A DNA stretch of 64,000 bases from Bryobacterales bacterium (GTDB lineage: Bacteria; Acidobacteriota; Terriglobia; Bryobacterales; UBA6623). The notes under the pieces were generated by a model. That model did no database searches, was not told the origin of the DNA, and saw nothing but the letters and a program-made list of their open reading frames with translations. The position numbers and the translations under genes were made by a program. The stretch covers positions 1,685,075 to 1,749,074 of the forward strand of contig CBDEGU010000012.1 in the NCBI GenBank assembly GCA_965238045.1, written 5' to 3'. Below are positions 28,726 to 36,125 of the stretch, piece by piece; the first letter of the stretch is position 1; the number at the start of each line of letters is the position of its first letter.

Positions 28726-30173
28726 GAGATTGTCCCGAATCTAGTTGAAGGTGGAAGGGCGGCGGTTCTCAAGCCCGGTTCTCTGAGAGAATCGAGCAAA
28801 CCTTTCACCACAAAGGAGAACCGCCGTGAAGAAACGATATCACATTCTGGATTCCGCGAAGCAACAGCCAGTCAGCCCCAACGACCTCACCCGCCTGCTC
28901 AGCCAAAACTCCCAACTCATGCTGCCCTTGGTTGAACTGGTCGAGCAGTGCCGCGGAGCCGTCGACGAGGTTATCGACGTCACCGGCCGCGCCGCCATTC
29001 AAGCCGTGCTGGAACTGTCGGCGCAGCAAGTTACCGGTGGAAAACTTTCCCAGCCCGGCAAGAAGCGCCGCGGCGATGTGGTCCGCTGGGGCCGCCAGCC
29101 CGGTCGCGTCAAGCTCAGCAACCGCAAACTGCGCGTCAGCAAACCCAGACTGCGCAAACGCTCCGGCGGCGAGGTCAAAGTGCCCGCTTACGAAGCGATG
29201 CAGGACGACGAACGCCTCGGCGCGCGCATGCTCGACATTCTGATGAAGGGCGTCTCGACGCGCAACTATGCCGGGGTGATTGGCGCAATGGCCGGCACGG
29301 CCGGGGTGTCGAAATCCGCCGTCAGCCGGGAGGCAGTCGAGGCCGCCGAAAAGAGCATCGACGAAGTGCTCACGCGGCGCCTGGATGAGTTGGATCTGCT
29401 GGTGATCTACGTGGACGGTTTGATCTTCGCAGATCATGTAGTGCTTGCAGCGGTGGGCGTAGACCGTCAGGGCAACAAACATGTGCTGGGATTGCAGCAC
29501 GCCGCCACTGAGAGCACAGCCGCCGCCGAAGACTTGCTGAGGGGCATGGTCGAGCGGGGAGTATCGACGGAGAAAAACAGGCTCTTCGTGCTCGATGGAT
29601 CGAAGGCCCTGCGGGCGGCGGTGCGGCGGGTCTTCGGCAAAGTTCCGGTGCAGCGCTGCCGTGCTCACAAGCTGCGCAATGTCGTCGAGCGGCTGCCTAA
29701 GGCCGAGCGCGATCAGGCCAAAGCGGCGATCCGGGCCGCCTGGCGGCTGGGAGCCCAAGATGGACAAGCGCGGCTGGAGAAGCTAGCCCAGTGGTACGAG
29801 GGTGACTGGCCCGAGGCGGCGGTGAGTTTGCGCGAAGGCATGGAGGAGTGTTTCACCATCAACCGCCTGGGTGCGCCGCCGTCGCTGCATCGCTGCCTGG
29901 CGACGACGAACATCGTCGAGTCTCCTAACGCCGGGGTGCGGCGGAGAATGCGGCGAGTGACCCGCTGGAAGGACGCGGCCATGGTGTGTCGCTGGGCCAC
30001 GGCTGCATTCCTCGATACCGAGAAAAGCTTCCGCAAGATCATGGGTTACAAGGATCTGTGGATGCTCGACGCCATCCTCAATCCGGCCAAGGCCACAGCA
30101 GCAAAGGCTGCCTAGTACAATGCTCTTTTACGCCGCCGCCCTACAAACCCTCAACTACGATTGGGACACTCTC
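28726..30173 (+). mobile_element. IS256-family insertion sequence, 1448 bp
   Basis: The ends GAGATTGTCCCGAATCTAGTTGAAGG and CCCTCAACTACGATTGGGACACTCTC are imperfect inverted repeats. An 8-bp direct repeat GACTTGTG lies at 28718-28725 and 30174-30181. Confidence 0.85.
28826..30115 (+). CDS. IS256-family (mutator-type) transposase
   Basis: 429 aa, GTG start. Motifs include LLVIYVDG, VLGL, LFVLDGSKAL, QRCRAHKLRNV and TTNIVES. Confidence 0.9.
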   Translation: MKKRYHILDSAKQQPVSPNDLTRLLSQNSQLMLPLVELVEQCRGAVDEVIDVTGRAAIQAVLELSAQQVTGGKLSQPGKKRRGDVVRWGRQPGRVKLSNRKLRVSKPRLRKRSGGEVKVPAYEAMQDDERLGARMLDILMKGVSTRNYAGVIGAMAGTAGVSKSAVSREAVEAAEKSIDEVLTRRLDELDLLVIYVDGLIFADHVVLAAVGVDRQGNKHVLGLQHAATESTAAAEDLLRGMVERGVSTEKNRLFVLDGSKALRAAVRRVFGKVPVQRCRAHKLRNVVERLPKAERDQAKAAIRAAWRLGAQDGQARLEKLAQWYEGDWPEAAVSLREGMEECFTINRLGAPPSLHRCLATTNIVESPNAGVRRRMRRVTRWKDAAMVCRWATAAFLDTEKSFRKIMGYKDLWMLDAILNPAKATAAKAA

Positions 30174-30606
30174 GACTTGTGGGGTGTCGACGAGTGCCGC
30201 AGCGTTTCGAGTAACGAGGCCCCACTTCTCCGCCTGGCCAAGCGCGACCCTGAGAACCGCGTGGATGTGTTGTATCGTTCGCGGACTCAGGTCCCGTTGC
30301 CTTCTTCCATTCAGAAAGGTTTGAATCTGCTGCGGGTTCAGCCTGGCCAACCGGACGCGACCCAGTCCTGGAGTCAGATGGTGATTGACGATCCAAGAGT
30401 AGCTGCCGTAGGTTTTGGGCCGAACTCGCGGCTTGGCGCACTCCCTCAACCAATCAGACAGGAAATTGGCCACGGTTTGACGTTCGCCGGGTACTGGCAA
30501 GCCTAGCTGCCGGGACCGAAGGGCGATCGTGAGCTTGTCTTGAACCTCTCTGCGAGTCTTTGCTGAGAAGACCTTCCGAACCCGCCTGCCGTCCTTCCAT
30601 CCAAGG

Positions 30607-31656
30607 CTAACGGCAGCTCTCCAGCGACCGTCCGACATCTTGTAGATGCTGCCTTCGTTTGCTCCGCGTTTTCTTTTTGGCATGCTGTTTTTTCTCCCTC
30701 TTCTTCTCCCTCCAGCGCTTTGTCCGAAGATATTGGCTACAGCGTTTGCACCACCTTTTGGTCGTCCGTCCTTCCGTTGTGTCGAGACGCTGCCCGCAGC
30801 GTTTGCATTCGACAAACCGCTTGCGGCCCGTCACCAGCTCGCGAGTCTGCAACCACATAGCCGCAAGCAAGGAATTGGGTGTCAGGTAGCGACCGATGCT
30901 CCCATCGTCTTCCAGCAGAACCCGTGGGGAACACTTTCCAGTGAGCTTTTCGTTCACGATTTTACAGATCGCCAGTTTGGCCGGTTCGATCAAGTCTCCC
31001 GGGCGTTGCTTTTGGAACCATTCGACTTCGGTATTCACAACGTTTGCAAGTAGTCTGTACGATGGAATGAAATTACCTTTCGAGATTCTTCCCAGCAGCT
31101 TTGCCTGTTGACGCCGAACAATCTTTTTCACCCTCTCGTCGAGTTGCGCTTTCGGAATATCAATGACCAGTTCGACGCTCCGGTTGTCGTTCCGCCAATA
31201 GACATACGTTCTGAGTCTGCCCAGATCGTCAAACTTAACCCCTTCCCATAGCTCCAAGATCGTCGCCAGTGTCCCAATCTCTTCTTCCCATGTCGAAAGT
31301 GCTTCACCACGAAAAAGGACCTGTTCCTTAAGATCGGGGTAATGGAGTGGCCCCCACAGCCCCAGCCAACCATACTGATTTGCAAAGCGCAGGATTGCGT
31401 CTTGGAGGTCTGGAGCATCCCGCAAGGCAGCGAACTTAAGGTACAGATCCGGGATGTCTTCCATCGGGCGATACGGCTTCGATTTCGTCTTGATCCGACC
31501 TGGAATGAGGAACGGCGGCATTGAGCCGGTGCGGCCCAAGTAAGGTGCGACCTCTGCCTTCGTATCCCAGACATAACCGCCGTGAGGAATACCCCACTGA
31601 AATCTCAGCTCGGGGGCGATTTCTTGACTACGGTGTTGACTACGCATAACATTCAT
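30607..31656 (-). CDS. Hypothetical protein with C-terminal zinc-ribbon-like CxxC...CxxC and Lys/Arg-rich tail
   Basis: 349-aa ORF between the integrase and a divergent excisionase-like gene. It ends ...FVECKRCGQRLDTTEGRTTKRWCKRCSQYLRTKRWREKKREKKQHAKKK. No family recognised. Its 3' end overlaps the integrase start by 77 nt. Confidence 0.45.
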   Translation of the reverse strand: MNVMRSQHRSQEIAPELRFQWGIPHGGYVWDTKAEVAPYLGRTGSMPPFLIPGRIKTKSKPYRPMEDIPDLYLKFAALRDAPDLQDAILRFANQYGWLGLWGPLHYPDLKEQVLFRGEALSTWEEEIGTLATILELWEGVKFDDLGRLRTYVYWRNDNRSVELVIDIPKAQLDERVKKIVRRQQAKLLGRISKGNFIPSYRLLANVVNTEVEWFQKQRPGDLIEPAKLAICKIVNEKLTGKCSPRVLLEDDGSIGRYLTPNSLLAAMWLQTRELVTGRKRFVECKRCGQRLDTTEGRTTKRWCKRCSQYLRTKRWREKKREKKQHAKKKTRSKRRQHLQDVGRSLESCR

Positions 31657-31672
31657 AGTTATCCGTACTCGC

Positions 31673-31682
31673 AGTGTACACT
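31673..31682. promoter_or_regulatory. 10-bp perfect palindrome AGTGTACACT in the divergent intergenic region (operator candidate)
   Basis: It lies in the 56-nt gap between the 349-aa gene (start 31656) and the excisionase-like gene (start 31713). Confidence 0.2.
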
Positions 31683-31712
31683 AGAGCGTAGTGGAAACAC
31701 AAGGAGATCAGT

Positions 31713-31916
31713 GTGGCAAACAACTCGAAATTGCTCTTACGTTGTTCTGAAGCCGCGGAACGGCTTGGCCTGGGGCGCGCTCAGGTTTACCTGATGGCAG
31801 CGCGCGGTGAGTTGCCCGTAGTTAGGATCGGCAAGCGTGCCGTGCGCATCCCAGCACAGGCGTTGGAGCAGTGGGTGGGCGAGCAGGTGAAGGCGGCTCA
31901 GGACCCCTCGTCGTGA
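31713..31916 (+). CDS. Excisionase/AlpA-type helix-turn-helix DNA-binding protein
   Basis: 67 aa, GTG start preceded by AAGGAGA. LLRCSEAAERLGLGRAQVYLMAARGELPVVRIGKRAVRIP is the typical excisionase-family HTH pattern. Confidence 0.7.
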   Translation: MANNSKLLLRCSEAAERLGLGRAQVYLMAARGELPVVRIGKRAVRIPAQALEQWVGEQVKAAQDPSS

Positions 31917-32059
31917 GGGCCCACGAGATCATAGAACCCGCTGACATTTACGAGGTCTCGACCGGGCGCGGCGGCCCGCTGCGGCGAAGGCGGAAGGGAC
32001 TTGCAACCAAAAAAACAGAGAGGCCGCGCGGTGGACTCCGCGCGACCTCGGGAGTAGAA

Positions 32060-32251
32060 ATGATGAATCAGCACTCAGATAATAACACATTCCGCAAGCA
32101 CTCGAAAATCGCTCTGGAAGGGCTCTGCGCGGGCTGCGCAACGCACGTTTCCGAACTGTGGGCGGAGCGCGACAAGCCGGTGTTTCGATGCGAGCTCTGC
32201 GCCGTATTGACGGAGACCATCGACGGTGTTTTTTGCTCCGGGACGGCGTAG
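32060..32251 (+). CDS. Small Cys-rich hypothetical protein
   Basis: 63 codons from ATG 32060 (MMNQHSDNN...GLCAGCATHV...FRCELCAV...). It has two CxxC pairs. This is only the 3' part of the 126-aa track ORF. Confidence 0.3.
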   Translation: MMNQHSDNNTFRKHSKIALEGLCAGCATHVSELWAERDKPVFRCELCAVLTETIDGVFCSGTA

Positions 32252-32428
32252 ATGGATACGGAGAACCGGATACTCGCGGCGGCCGAAAAGTACGCTGTGC
32301 TTGGCTGGCGTGTCTTGCCGCTCTACGGCATCGCTGGCCGCTCTTGCGCCTGTCCTCGGGGCACCGAGTGTCCGTCGCCGACCGCGAATTTCGCTGCTGG
32401 CAGCGGGGCGGATGTTGTCGCTACCTGA
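32252..32428 (+). pseudogene. N-terminal stub of a bifunctional primase-polymerase (PrimPol) gene
   Basis: MDTENRILAAAEKYAVLGWRVLPLYGIAGRSCACPRGTECPSP matches the PrimPol N-terminal pattern up to where GKHP is expected. It then diverges and stops after 58 aa. Confidence 0.45.
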
Positions 32429-32436
32429 CTAAGATT

Positions 32437-33243
32437 ATGACTACTCCTCTCGCCGCGGGAGGCATCCCGGATGCGCGTTACATTCGCGAGAAGATCCCCA
32501 TAGTCAGAATTGCCTCAATGCTTGGGCTTGAAGTCTTCGAGAACCGGATGGTTCGATGTTGGCACACGGAGCGGCATCATAACGGCGACCGTACACCATC
32601 GGTCGGCGTCTATGCCCGCTACAACAAACTCAAGTGCTTTGGCAATGCCTGCGACGGCAAGCCACTCGGACCTATTGACCTTGTTGTGGATGTCCGAGAA
32701 TGCACCCCGAAAGAGGCCATTCGCTGGATTGCACAGCGCTTTCCCGTGCCGCTGATACCGAAAGGCAAGCACCTCGTAAAGAAGACCGACCAAGTTGTCC
32801 GCTATGGGTTCGAGCGCCCCACCGAATTATTGGTCCGCTCCGGTCTCTGGGCAAAGATGTCGCCACCAGCACGGGCGTTGGTGGTTGTGTTTGTTGAGCT
32901 GGTGGTCGAAAGCCACCGAGCGGAAAACTGGGAGTTCAGTATTAGCTACCAGGGGCTCGGGCGCTACTCGGGGTTGAAGTCCTCCGCAAGCATCGCGAAG
33001 GGGCTTCAAGAACTCGAAGTTATCGGGTGGCTGCGGCGCTCGCGAGTACCGCCACCACGAGCCGGTCAGGGACCGTTGCGGGAGACGAACAAATATTTCA
33101 TCACGCCCTTCTCTGACGCGGTGCGAGAACTGGCTAATTCCACCGTCAGCGAATTCCGCGAAGCAATCGACGAAGAACGCCAGATGCGAGCCGACCGGCG
33201 TGCCCGACGGACAAGAGCTTGGAGGCACGCAAAGGCGAGGTAA
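32437..33243 (+). CDS. Replication-module protein with degenerate CHC2-type primase zinc finger
   Basis: Starts at ATG 32437 (MTTPLAAGG...). RCWHTERHHNGDRTPSVGVYARYNKLKCFGNACDGKPLGPIDLV resembles a CHC2 finger. The C-terminal half may be a winged helix. Weak call. Confidence 0.35.
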   Translation: MTTPLAAGGIPDARYIREKIPIVRIASMLGLEVFENRMVRCWHTERHHNGDRTPSVGVYARYNKLKCFGNACDGKPLGPIDLVVDVRECTPKEAIRWIAQRFPVPLIPKGKHLVKKTDQVVRYGFERPTELLVRSGLWAKMSPPARALVVVFVELVVESHRAENWEFSISYQGLGRYSGLKSSASIAKGLQELEVIGWLRRSRVPPPRAGQGPLRETNKYFITPFSDAVRELANSTVSEFREAIDEERQMRADRRARRTRAWRHAKAR

Positions 33244-33285
33244 GGTGGTGCGAACCAATTTCACGCTTCAATTGCTAAAGCGGCA

Positions 33286-34275
33286 GATGGGTATTCACTT
33301 GACTCAGGTGACCACAAGATGTAGGATCTTGGAAAATGGAAGATTATCCGCGGAATCTGGCCGAGGTCGAGGCGCGTTTCGCCAACGAGCAGGCCTGTCG
33401 GGAGTATCTGTGTCAACTCCGCTGGCCGGAGGGTTTTCGTTGTCCGCGATGCGGGCATGACAAAACCTGGGCGGTACGCACGGTGCTGCTTATTTCAAGA
33501 CACCCGCAAACCGCTCCAGAGCTGGTTTCGAGCCATGTGGTGGCTCACCAGCCAGAAGAACGGGGCCAGCGCACTGGGATTGCAACGAGCGTTGGGCCTG
33601 GGCAGCTACAAGACGGCCTGGACTTGGTTGCACAAGCTCCGGCGCGCTATGGTACGGCCCGGACGCGACCGGTTCAGCGGGCGCGTTGAGGTTGACGAGA
33701 CCTACTTAGGAGCCCTGGAGGAGGGCGTGCGGGGCCGCCAAACCGACGCGAAAGCGCTGATTGCAGTAGCGGCCGAGGAAGATGGCGCAGGCATCGGACG
33801 AATTCGGATGCGCACGATTCCGAACGCCTCCGGGGACAGCTTGATGGCCTTCGTTGGCGAGTCGGTCGAACCCGGCAGCGTGGTCCACACCGACGGTTGG
33901 CTGGGTTACGGGCCACTCGAAAGCGACGGCTATCGCCACGAGGTGAGCTACCTGGACGGGCAACCGGCGCGGGCCTCGGAACTGCTCCCCCGCGTTCATC
34001 GCGTGGTGTCGTTGCTGAAGCGCTGGATACTGGGTACGCATCAAGGAGCCGTCAGCCACGAGCATCTCGACTCCTACCTCGACGAATTCACCTTCCGCTT
34101 CAACCGCCGCAAGTCCAGAAGTCGAGGCAAGCTCTTCTACCGCCTGGTGCAGCAGGCCGTCGCCGTCCAACCGGTGCCCTACAAGTCGCTGGTCGGAGGC
34201 ACCGCAACACATGCTACGGACAACCACAACATGTAGGGGCTATTTCAAAATACCTGAGTCAAGTGAATACCCATC
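33286..34275 (+). mobile_element. IS1595-family insertion sequence (internally damaged), 990 bp
   Basis: Perfect 24-bp terminal inverted repeats GATGGGTATTCACTTGACTCAGGT / ACCTGAGTCAAGTGAATACCCATC. An 8-bp direct repeat AAGCGGCA lies at 33278-33285 and 34276-34283. Confidence 0.85.
33336..34236 (+). pseudogene. IS1595-family transposase, frameshifted with part of the N-terminal zinc ribbon missing
   Basis: Frame A reads MEDYPRNLAEVEARFANEQACREYLCQLRWPEGFRCPRCGHDKTW... Frame B reads ...FQDTRKPLQSWFRAMWWLTSQKNGASALGLQRALG...VEVDETYLG...VHTDGW... The second CxxC expected between them is absent. Confidence 0.75.
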
Positions 34276-34403
34276 AAGCGGCAAACTGATACACGCTTCA
34301 AAATATGAAGAGATAATACTAGGTAACAAGCAGCGCTCCTGCAATGGACGGGTACGGATATGGCGCGTACCGTCATATTCCCCGGATTGGACATCAGTAG
34401 GTC

Positions 34404-34898
34404 GTGCCCGAACGGCCCAAGCACCCATACGCCCACCCCCGCTGCCCAGCCATAGCCGTCAAGCACGGGCGATGCGAGGCGCACCAGCAACCCAGCGCAT
34501 ACGAACAGCACCGGGGCACGGCAGCACAGCGGGGCTATGACTCAGCATGGTCACGGTTCGCCAAGGGTTACAGACAGAGACATCCACTGTGCGCGACCTG
34601 CGAGCGGCAAGGTAGGGTAACGGCGTGTGAGCAGGTAGACCACCAGATACCACTGAGCGTATGGACTGGCGGCAAGTACGACGAGTCGAACCTGCAAGCA
34701 TTGTGCTCGACATGTCACTCACGTAAAACGGTTTACGAAAGAGAAAGCAGATCGCGCGCGGACGGGGGGGTGGGGGGGGGTAGTGCCCCATGGCCCTACG
34801 TACGGCGCTCTCTGGCAGCGAAAGAGATCAAGGCCATAGACGAGCGGGGCAACGTGCTGAGCGGTGGCCGTGGCGCGGTGGCTGAACAGCGGAGATAA
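34404..34898 (+). CDS. Phage-type HNH endonuclease
   Basis: CATCERQGRVTACEQVDHQIPLSVWTGGKYDESNLQALCSTCHSRKT is an HNH core. GTG start. The C-terminal tail is read through a G7TG9 tract, so its end is uncertain. Confidence 0.7.
   Translation: MPERPKHPYAHPRCPAIAVKHGRCEAHQQPSAYEQHRGTAAQRGYDSAWSRFAKGYRQRHPLCATCERQGRVTACEQVDHQIPLSVWTGGKYDESNLQALCSTCHSRKTVYERESRSRADGGVGGGSAPWPYVRRSLAAKEIKAIDERGNVLSGGRGAVAEQRR
34764..34780. repeat. Homopolymeric tract G7-T-G9
   Basis: Read directly. The run lengths are confirmed by the antisense track ORF MGHYPPPPPRPR. Confidence 0.9.
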
Positions 34899-34917
34899 CG
34901 AGCGGGACCGGCCGGCC

Positions 34918-34935
34918 GGGGGGGGGAGGGCGGGG
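34918..34935. repeat. G-rich tract G9-A-G3-C-G4 (followed by C6 at 34948-34953)
   Basis: Read directly. The G9 length is confirmed by the antisense track ORF ...YPALPPPAGR... Confidence 0.9.
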
Positions 34936-35059
34936 TAAATCTCTAGGCCCCCCGAGCCCGAAACCGTTCTGGTAAGAGAATTTTTATAGTCGCAAGTTAG
35001 ACCAGCCCTTGCGCGCGCGCGTGGCCAGCAGGTTTGCGACACAAAGCGAAAGAATACCC

Positions 35060-35524
35060 ATGGCCAAACCAGGACCCCAACCCGCAGCGTCTGGGCTAAA
35101 GCGGCTGAAGCGCAACCCTGGCCGCCGGCCGATCAGCGACGACGAGCCGAAGCCGCTTGTGTTGTCAGACGTACCGGAGCCGCCGGACTGGCTGAAGATC
35201 TACGCGAAGATCGAATGGCGCGTCTTAGCGCCGGAATTGCACCGCCTGGGCCTGCTCACCGTGGTTGACCAGACGGCATTCGCGGCGTACTGCCAGAGCT
35301 ACGCTCGTTGGCGTTCGGCCGAGGAGTTGATGGGAGAAAGCGGGAACACGGTTATAGAAGGGACGGGAGTAGAGCGGCGCGCACCACAGGCGATCATTGC
35401 GCAGGCCGCGCTAGCCGACATGAACCGTTTTGGCTCACAGTTCGGGCTCTCGCCAAGCGCCCGGACCAGCATTCACGCCGCACCAACAGCCAAGGTCGAG
35501 AACAAATTTAAGAAGCTGGGATGA
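35060..35524 (+). CDS. Phage terminase small subunit (P27-family-like)
   Basis: Starts at ATG 35060 (MAKPGPQP...). PDWLKIYAKIEWRVLAPELHRLGLLTVVDQTAFAAYCQSYARW...FGLSPSAR fits the P27 small-terminase pattern. It follows an HNH gene, as in many cos phages. Confidence 0.7.
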   Translation: MAKPGPQPAASGLKRLKRNPGRRPISDDEPKPLVLSDVPEPPDWLKIYAKIEWRVLAPELHRLGLLTVVDQTAFAAYCQSYARWRSAEELMGESGNTVIEGTGVERRAPQAIIAQAALADMNRFGSQFGLSPSARTSIHAAPTAKVENKFKKLG

Positions 35525-35864
35525 CATTCTGCGCCCGCGCGCGCCGGCTGGGTTATCAACCTGGACTCGAGGAGGCGAAGCCAAACAAGTTTGCCGATGT
35601 CCTGCAACTGACCGGCAACCGGTAAGACGCGTCCGACGACGTACTCCATGGCGGCCGCCGGCGCCTGGATCAGTTGGCAGTGGATGCCGAGGCTGCGGTC
35701 AGTCAACCCTGCGCGTTAGAACAGGATCTATCCAGATCAGGGCCCCACGCTCGTCGAGCCAATGGACGAGAAGGGGACCTTTTCATTTCCCAGCCGGAGA
35801 AATTAGGCTAAGTAGCTTGGTTGGAGTATGTTACGAACCAACAACCGCTGATTGTTGGTGGGAA

Positions 35865-35980
35865 GGCGATTTCGCGACAGCTATCCGTAGACGAGTGTTA
35901 TGTAGTTCGTTTCATGGGACTTAATCCTGTTCGCGGTCCTTGAGCTCTTCGTACCAGTTTTGGGTGATGTGAATCGTCTG
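35865..35980 (-). repeat. Kinase-family 3' module copy A (decayed C-terminal codons plus downstream sequence)
   Basis: The minus strand reads ...ADVTPAGNSSRL*CRIQTIHITQNWYEELKDREQD* (stop 35921-35923), followed by conserved ...GGATAGCTGTC..GAAATCGCC. It is homologous by eye to 37950-38051. Confidence 0.5.
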
Positions 35981-36125
35981 TATACGACACTAGAGTCGGC
36001 TGCTGTTACCAGCCGGGGTGACATCCGCGTGAGCTGGGTGCAGCTCGGAGACCGAACGGTTTTTCACGATCAAGAGCCTACGACGTAATGTAAGTCGGTC
36101 TCAACCGTCTATTCTTGTAGAAGCG

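Larger units (their letters stand above)
28046..30683 (-). pseudogene. int: Tyrosine recombinase (phage-type integrase) split by IS256-family insertion
   Basis: The N-part is MPKRKRGANEGSIYKMSDGRWRAAV...ALVDTPQV (30683 down to the IS). The C-part is ...SPQVRRPEVQPMTPSEVQSF...HDLRH...LGHSQISLTMNTYSH (to 28046). It lies immediately 3' of the tRNA. Confidence 0.85.

Noticed and set aside
31871-32059. 5' part of the 126-aa plus-strand ORF (MGGRAGEGG...)
   Set aside because: It overlaps the end of the excisionase-like gene in another frame and is Gly/Arg-rich with no RBS. Only the downstream ATG at 32060 was kept, and that at low confidence.
35521-35625. 34-codon ORF overlapping the terS stop (ATGA), considered as a real small gene
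   Set aside because: It is more likely the remnant of the large-terminase start. Its sequence (MTFCARARRLGYQPGLEE...) has no confident match and it stops abruptly. It is used only as context in the island finding.
35728-35750. Possible attR: TATCCAGATCAGGGCCCCACGC partly resembles the tRNA 3' end AATCCTACAGGGCCCACCA
   Set aside because: Only a 7-nt core (AGGGCCC) and a 4-nt ATCC match. That is too weak in GC-rich DNA. No convincing direct repeat of the tRNA end was found.
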